In this document: piece after piece, positions 60,601-64,000 of the stretch
How the letters are laid out: every line of letters starts with the position of its first letter
How positions within the stretch are numbered: position 1 is the stretch's first letter
Source of the DNA: a virus
IMG/VR virus record: IMGVR_UViG_3300042332_001215
Span: 1-64,000 of that record
DNA length: 64,000 nucleotides
Strand: one strand, 5' to 3'
The notes under the pieces: model-generated
What the model was told of the DNA's origin: nothing
The model's input: the letters and a program-made list of their open reading frames with translations, nothing else
Databases searched by the model: none
Position numbers and translations under genes: made by a program

Positions 60601-60960
60601 AGTTTTAGCCCCTTGCTTAACTATAGGATTTTTTGATTCATTTTTTCTATTTCTATCTGGTCTTCTTTCTTGCTGAGCTTCTTCATCTCTTGCCTGCTTT
60701 TTCTGTTCAGACAAAACAAATTCTTTGATGGAATCTGTGACCATCTCGTAATGTCTTTTCTCAAGAGTAACGAGAGTTTCAAGTGCTCTTCTAATATAAC
60801 TTAATTCTTTTACTTCTTTAATTGCAGTTGCTTTTTCAGCAACCTCACTCCTTAGTGGTTTTCTTGCACCAGAAACAGTCCCACCAAACTTAGTTGGGTC
60901 TACGAAAGATGATACTTTCTGTGTGGGAGATTTCTTTAAACTAAAGAGTGAGATTGCCAT
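57649..60960 (-). CDS. Tape-measure-like tail protein (gp29-like) with C-terminal NlpC/P60-CHAP-like amidase
   Basis: Amphipathic/Gly-Ala regions; CAVTTRAAL...AGDVVLW...HVGI (Cys/His dyad). Confidence 0.7.
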   Translation of the reverse strand: MAISLFSLKKSPTQKVSSFVDPTKFGGTVSGARKPLRSEVAEKATAIKEVKELSYIRRALETLVTLEKRHYEMVTDSIKEFVLSEQKKQARDEEAQQERRPDRNRKNESKNPIVKQGAKTLEGIGNFFQGLIKTFIAYKFLEWAGNPENVKKIQDFVNLFGNIFKFLNAIVGFGIDKLFSGLSKLVGGEGVTRVFGFLEAVVGFFTLKWLLNPTKIISDIKMIGNLFTKVIPNAINGVINFFSNLIPKAAGEAADEALSQAGRQISAGAGAAAEGAGAATEGAGAAARGAGAAARGAGAATEGAGAAVRGAGAAAKGGAKITGKSLLKALPVIGAVSSAFFAADRASKGDWLGAGGEVLSGVASLVPGWGTAASLGIDAALIGRDIAKDQGLPMLAKGGIVTKPTEAIVGEAGPEAILPLDKLGSFGVNEFKGRVDKQIPSFIKLLTLPFKIVGAGIVALISSSVSKIPGIGPMLMPLISNVASMFGIPPSLVKGMTNFAETAVKSVGQGMSAVKEVFGMEEPKITKSKADEFKPSGDTSVRGLLGDILSALISKNASSNTQSTNTSPAASGNPGATGSPSASGNGNGAAAPVDTAKQSIGKVGGFREDGTLKGVQGTTQVVSNTRGGGTIEEHSPGAGLKPVINGNKKYWYNSHGDVFRWEKPGDPLTDITTNRLFDSKTLGGTLVRIPSSGEVKILKGMFGGDQTAVGMYNYQMNKILKSKGVSGRGTDTKDAWETPQNGKYGEPAKFIIGGGNVHGSGIGDKYPAVLENNEYVLNRNAVAGMGGAKELDKINFGMFPRFGSSKMSQITRNENKASGDGRPRTKFQIGGAAILEGAKKIVGMGKGQGDMCAVTTRAALRAAGHPAAGKVTQKGDLDSEGTKYNGVRYAASFAGSDMGAVVKQASNLQAGDVVLWKGGNGYPAGAITHVGIKGEGNDLWHHGRTAGFRKASMYTSSGGQTFAAGIRLGASGEVGPGADTSTSSSSSGSTSEPTLTSIIPHLADLTKMLTGASATPAPAPAPTQLPAAQVTGSVPARSQQLQAAQKENSNIQAQRRSAGSTGGNVITLPSPNKTITESSTQPMSQTLGGTTPPIPLATYPLAP
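60013..60159 (-). repeat. 7 x 21-bp tandem repeat encoding GAGAAxx
   Basis: GAGAAAE GAGAATE GAGAAAR GAGAAAR GAGAATE GAGAAVR GAGAAAK. Confidence 0.9.
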
Positions 60961-60963
60961 TTA

Positions 60964-61158
60964 TTAAAGCGGCTGTGAAGTTTTATTCCGATTATTTTCT
61001 TCTTCAATAAAGTCAATTAACATTTGAATGTAAATATCTCGTTCCCAAGGAAGCATTATTTCAACCTCAGTCAATGACCACTTATGGTGTTGCAATAATA
61101 TAAAGTTAGTCCGAAAATAATTTTCTAGCGTTTGGTGAGCTAGAGCTATGCGAAAAAA
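60964..61158 (-). CDS. gp51: gp51-like baseplate hub assembly protein (no upstream ATG; probably the -1 frameshift extension of gp26)
   Basis: FFRIALAHQTLENYFRTNFILLQHHKWSLTEVEIMLPWERDIYIQML..., in the -1 frame of gp26. Confidence 0.8.
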   Translation of the reverse strand, partial: FFRIALAHQTLENYFRTNFILLQHHKWSLTEVEIMLPWERDIYIQMLIDFIEEENNRNKTSQPL

Positions 61159-61856
61159 GATGCAAGACCCTCAATAACAACTTCATTTTCCTTCTTTGTA
61201 TTTGGATTCATAATAGTTACAGTATGACTCAGTTTAGGCATAGTCTCAAAGAACTTCTGAACTTTCAAGAATTGACTGGTATCAAGACTATCCAAAAATT
61301 CATCAATCTCTTTTTTACTAAAGCTCTTAACTTCAAATACATCTTCGCCTTCAATAACTTGATCAATGCAGGAAGTAGCAAGATCAAATACATCTTCAGA
61401 TTTCATGTTTCCAGTAAAATTATTCTGGACAAACATTTCCATACTTGGATATTTCATAACCAAAGAAATAGAATCAGTAAGTGAAATAATTCTTTCATGA
61501 TCATCTGACTTCTTAATTTGAATATCTTCAACATTAAGAGTAACTGGAACTGCAGTCTCACCATCATCTGGACAAGTAATATTCAGTTCGATTTCTTCCC
61601 CAACTGATTTAGCACGAATATTCAGAAACAAATATTCAATATCAAAAACAGCTAGGTCATCAACTTTTAATTTAGTTTGAATGCAATTTTTCAAAATAGC
61701 TTTGACTGCATTGATCATCTGTTTTTCATCTTCAGATTCCATAGCAAGGAGAAGAATTTTTTCTTCTTTAACTAGGAATGGACGATACTTAATTTTTTGA
61801 CCAGTTGAAGGAAGTTCCAACTCATATGTCGGTGCAACTAATTTAGGTAAAGGCAT
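61146..61856 (-). CDS. gp26: Baseplate hub subunit/chaperone gp26
   Basis: MPLPK..PTYELELPSTG.KIKYRPFLVKEEKILL...FF.TMPKL...IEGL.SFF. Confidence 0.9.
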   Translation of the reverse strand: MPLPKLVAPTYELELPSTGQKIKYRPFLVKEEKILLLAMESEDEKQMINAVKAILKNCIQTKLKVDDLAVFDIEYLFLNIRAKSVGEEIELNITCPDDGETAVPVTLNVEDIQIKKSDDHERIISLTDSISLVMKYPSMEMFVQNNFTGNMKSEDVFDLATSCIDQVIEGEDVFEVKSFSKKEIDEFLDSLDTSQFLKVQKFFETMPKLSHTVTIMNPNTKKENEVVIEGLASFFA

Positions 61857-61888
61857 ATTAAATTATAATATAATTTTGAATTATTTAG

Positions 61889-62743
61889 TTAATCAACAAC
61901 AGTACGCCATTCACTACTAGCTTTAACACTTCCTCCAGTTTGAGATGCAGGGACTGCCATATCATATTCAAAGGTAACTTGAATTTTGACTAATTGAGAA
62001 GATCCACTACTCAAAGGAATAGCAGAGATAGTAGTTGGAAATGCGTTTTTTAATCTTACCGAATACTTCTGGATTGCTTGACCAAAACCAGATTCTACAA
62101 TATCAAATTTAGAAAGGTCAGTTCCAGGAAAAATACTACTGATAGGAACTTGTTTAAATGCTTTTGGTTTATTTGGATCTGATAAATCTCTTATAGAATT
62201 TTGCTTACTACTAGAAAATCTTTCCAATTTTATTACCACAATATCCAAAGTATAATCATCTTTATATCTTGTTCTTCCTAGGTCATTTATAGCATTAATG
62301 TTTGGACCTCTTCTATTTACAGTATTAGATGATACTCCACTATAAATGTAGTTACCCCATGAATCAAATATCTGTCGTATCTCAGAATCTGCATCCGAGA
62401 TAAAAGACATTGTAATTTCATTATTTACAATTCCATATGCATATTTCATATTAGGACTATTTGTAATTCTAAAGTCTCCAGTAGAAATTGAATATCCTGG
62501 AATTGTACACTCATCTGCATATAATCTTAGTAGATTAGTAAGAGAATAAGGTGAGTTTAAATTATTAGAATAGTTTCTAGTAAATACACTTGTCAAAAAA
62601 CTAGAACCTGAGTTTCCAATTAGAAACTGAACATCATAAAAATTTGTTAGCGAGAAGCCGTACTTTGCTACATGAGATCTAAATTGTTGAAAATTATTAA
62701 TGTCTCTATTGATAATATCACTCATCTTTTTGAATCTCCCCAA
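61889..62743 (-). CDS. Tail tube-fold protein (gp19/gp54-like tube initiator)
   Basis: FD.W..YI...YKDDY...L.NAFPT.IS..L......VTF.Y. Confidence 0.65.
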   Translation of the reverse strand: MGRFKKMSDIINRDINNFQQFRSHVAKYGFSLTNFYDVQFLIGNSGSSFLTSVFTRNYSNNLNSPYSLTNLLRLYADECTIPGYSISTGDFRITNSPNMKYAYGIVNNEITMSFISDADSEIRQIFDSWGNYIYSGVSSNTVNRRGPNINAINDLGRTRYKDDYTLDIVVIKLERFSSSKQNSIRDLSDPNKPKAFKQVPISSIFPGTDLSKFDIVESGFGQAIQKYSVRLKNAFPTTISAIPLSSGSSQLVKIQVTFEYDMAVPASQTGGSVKASSEWRTVVD

Positions 62744-63285
62744 ACATAGGATTTACTTACTTGCTTATATGATCCTCTTTGCCTACTAACAAAACTTTCC
62801 AATGGCAGGAAGATAGATTTTATCCAATCTTCACTATTTATTTTAAATAATGGTGTTTCAAGACCTTCATAAACATAATTATGAAAGCACTGTTTAGGAA
62901 TTGTTGGTCGTCCATCTATAATACTTTGTAATACTTTATACCTAGTAGGATAATTTAGATAATGAAGATTTGCTCCGAAAAATTTTCGCCCCCCTTGTAA
63001 CATATAGACTAAAGGAAACTCATCATAATACGGAAGTTTCTTTGCCCATGTTGCATTGTATTCAAACAGATATAGATTTCCTCCAGATGGAATTAAAGTT
63101 TCATCTAGAGTAACCAGAGTCTTATAGATATCATTTTTTCTCGCTATTTCAGCAACAGTATCCTTATACCAGCTATAAGATAATGTATAAAAACCTTTTT
63201 GTTTTTTCTTTGCTATCTCATCTACTTGTTCAAATATACTGAGATTTGAATCTCTTTTTGTTCTAGCCGATACTTCTCTTCTCAT
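62722..63285 (-). CDS. gp2: DNA end-protector protein (gp2-like)
   Basis: LPYYDEFPLV..F.GANLHYL..W..I.LP.E.F. Confidence 0.75.
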   Translation of the reverse strand: MRREVSARTKRDSNLSIFEQVDEIAKKKQKGFYTLSYSWYKDTVAEIARKNDIYKTLVTLDETLIPSGGNLYLFEYNATWAKKLPYYDEFPLVYMLQGGRKFFGANLHYLNYPTRYKVLQSIIDGRPTIPKQCFHNYVYEGLETPLFKINSEDWIKSIFLPLESFVSRQRGSYKQVSKSYVWGDSKR

Positions 63286-63719
63286 ACTTTTAACTCCGAT
63301 TCTGTGAGGATTTTAAATTTCCACATTTTATCATCACAGAATTCTTTAGCAGCTTTCCATTTAGCTTGGTTTTTTACATACTCAGTAACTTCATAGATGT
63401 AACTTTTGGTTTGTCTCTGAGGTTTTTTGGGAGGAACAGTCTGCTTGCTAGGTTTGATTTCGATCAAATACTTTGTTATATCGCCATTTGAATCTTGAAT
63501 TTTCACATAGAAATCTACATAGTATCTATGAATTCTGTTGTCCAATGGAGACCTATATGGAATAACAATTTCTTCAGATCCCCATTCCAGAACATTTGGT
63601 CTTGTGTCACAATACTTCATAAACTTTAGTTCCCAGGAAGACCTATAGATTATATTTCTATAGTTTCCTTTGTACTTATGAATATTCTTTGGGATAAATT
63701 TTCCCTTTAAAGTATTCAT
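63282..63719 (-). CDS. gp4: Head completion nuclease gp4 (TnsA N-terminal-like fold)
   Basis: KY.G..IIYRSSWE.KFM.YCD..W.SEE..IPY..HRYYVDF..IEIKP..NQAKW. Confidence 0.92.
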   Translation of the reverse strand: MNTLKGKFIPKNIHKYKGNYRNIIYRSSWELKFMKYCDTRPNVLEWGSEEIVIPYRSPLDNRIHRYYVDFYVKIQDSNGDITKYLIEIKPSKQTVPPKKPQRQTKSYIYEVTEYVKNQAKWKAAKEFCDDKMWKFKILTESELKV

Positions 63720-63757
63720 AAATATTATTATAATGGGCATATCATAAAATATTTATG
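63717..63757. promoter_or_regulatory. Overlapping late promoters for the divergent gp4 and gp48-like genes (CATAAATA on both strands)
   Basis: CATAAATA at 63717-63724 (+) and 63750-63757 (-) at the strand switch. Confidence 0.6.
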
Positions 63758-64000
63758 TCAACTAGAGCAAGTAAAGACTATAATACAGAAGATGCCTACA
63801 GTTCCACTGATTTTAAAGAGGGATTATATTGGCCTGATGTAAACAACATGCATGACATGTTAAAAATTAACATTGTTGAATATTTGCCCATCGCAAAATC
63901 TACTGTTGGTGCTACAAGTCAATTCACAAATATTTCAAATATTCAAAGTCAAACTCAAGTATTTGAAATCGGAACTAATGCAAATAAAAGAAATAAAAAA
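63755..64000 (+). CDS. Partial CDS, probably baseplate tail-tube cap gp48-like (runs off window)
   Basis: MSTRASK..LYWP..DMLKINIVEY; open to the window end; divergent from gp4 as in the cyanomyophage gene order. Confidence 0.55.
   Translation, partial: MSTRASKDYNTEDAYSSTDFKEGLYWPDVNNMHDMLKINIVEYLPIAKSTVGATSQFTNISNIQSQTQVFEIGTNANKRNKK

Noticed and set aside
945-61484. Numerous plus-strand ORFs (60-251 aa) and short out-of-frame minus-strand ORFs in the ORF track
   Set aside because: They are shadows of well-supported minus-strand genes, with no RBS or recognisable motifs (e.g. 56548..57303, 59297..59794)
63282-63719. TnsA-like endonuclease as evidence of a transposon
   Set aside because: Sequence and synteny match the core T4-like head-completion protein gp4

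Overview
This window is a 64-kb segment of a large, AT-rich T4-like cyanophage (Kyanoviridae-like myovirus; a freshwater host is plausible but not provable from the sequence). Almost all genes are on the minus strand. (1) 0.1-5.1 kb: a late-promoter-driven ADP-ribosyltransferase-fold protein with a T4-like capsid-targeting/cleavage motif, then an RNA-repair cluster (Rnl1 ligase, stand-alone PNK kinase, Zn-deaminase, stand-alone HAD 3'-phosphatase). (2) 5.1-16.5 kb: a dense array of about 50 tiny early ORFs joined by a recurring ATGACTGA start/stop motif and fed by repeated early-promoter elements. (3) 16.6-49.8 kb: an adhesin/fibre region with three paralogous lectin-like proteins, a Peptidase_G2 fibre, a beta-rich protein, a 2699-aa modular fibre and a 4637-aa giant virion protein. 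(4) 49.8-50.8 kb: speD, tRNA-Leu(UAA), a CAU-anticodon tRNA and three sigma70 promoters. (5) 50.8-64 kb: baseplate/tail genes (lysozyme-less gp5, cp12, hub, two tape-measure-like muralytic proteins, gp51, gp26, gp19/54-like, gp2, gp4, start of a gp48-like gene). The best leads are: a probable programmed -1 frameshift fusing gp26 to gp51 just upstream of the tape-measure-like genes; the split Pnkp with an inserted deaminase; a possible branched adhesin system (duplicated motif in the fibre plus three paralogs sharing an N-terminal anchor); the ATGACTGA cassette grammar; a packaged ART; and an orphan perfect antisense sigma70 promoter. All family assignments come from motif recognition by eye; no searches were run.
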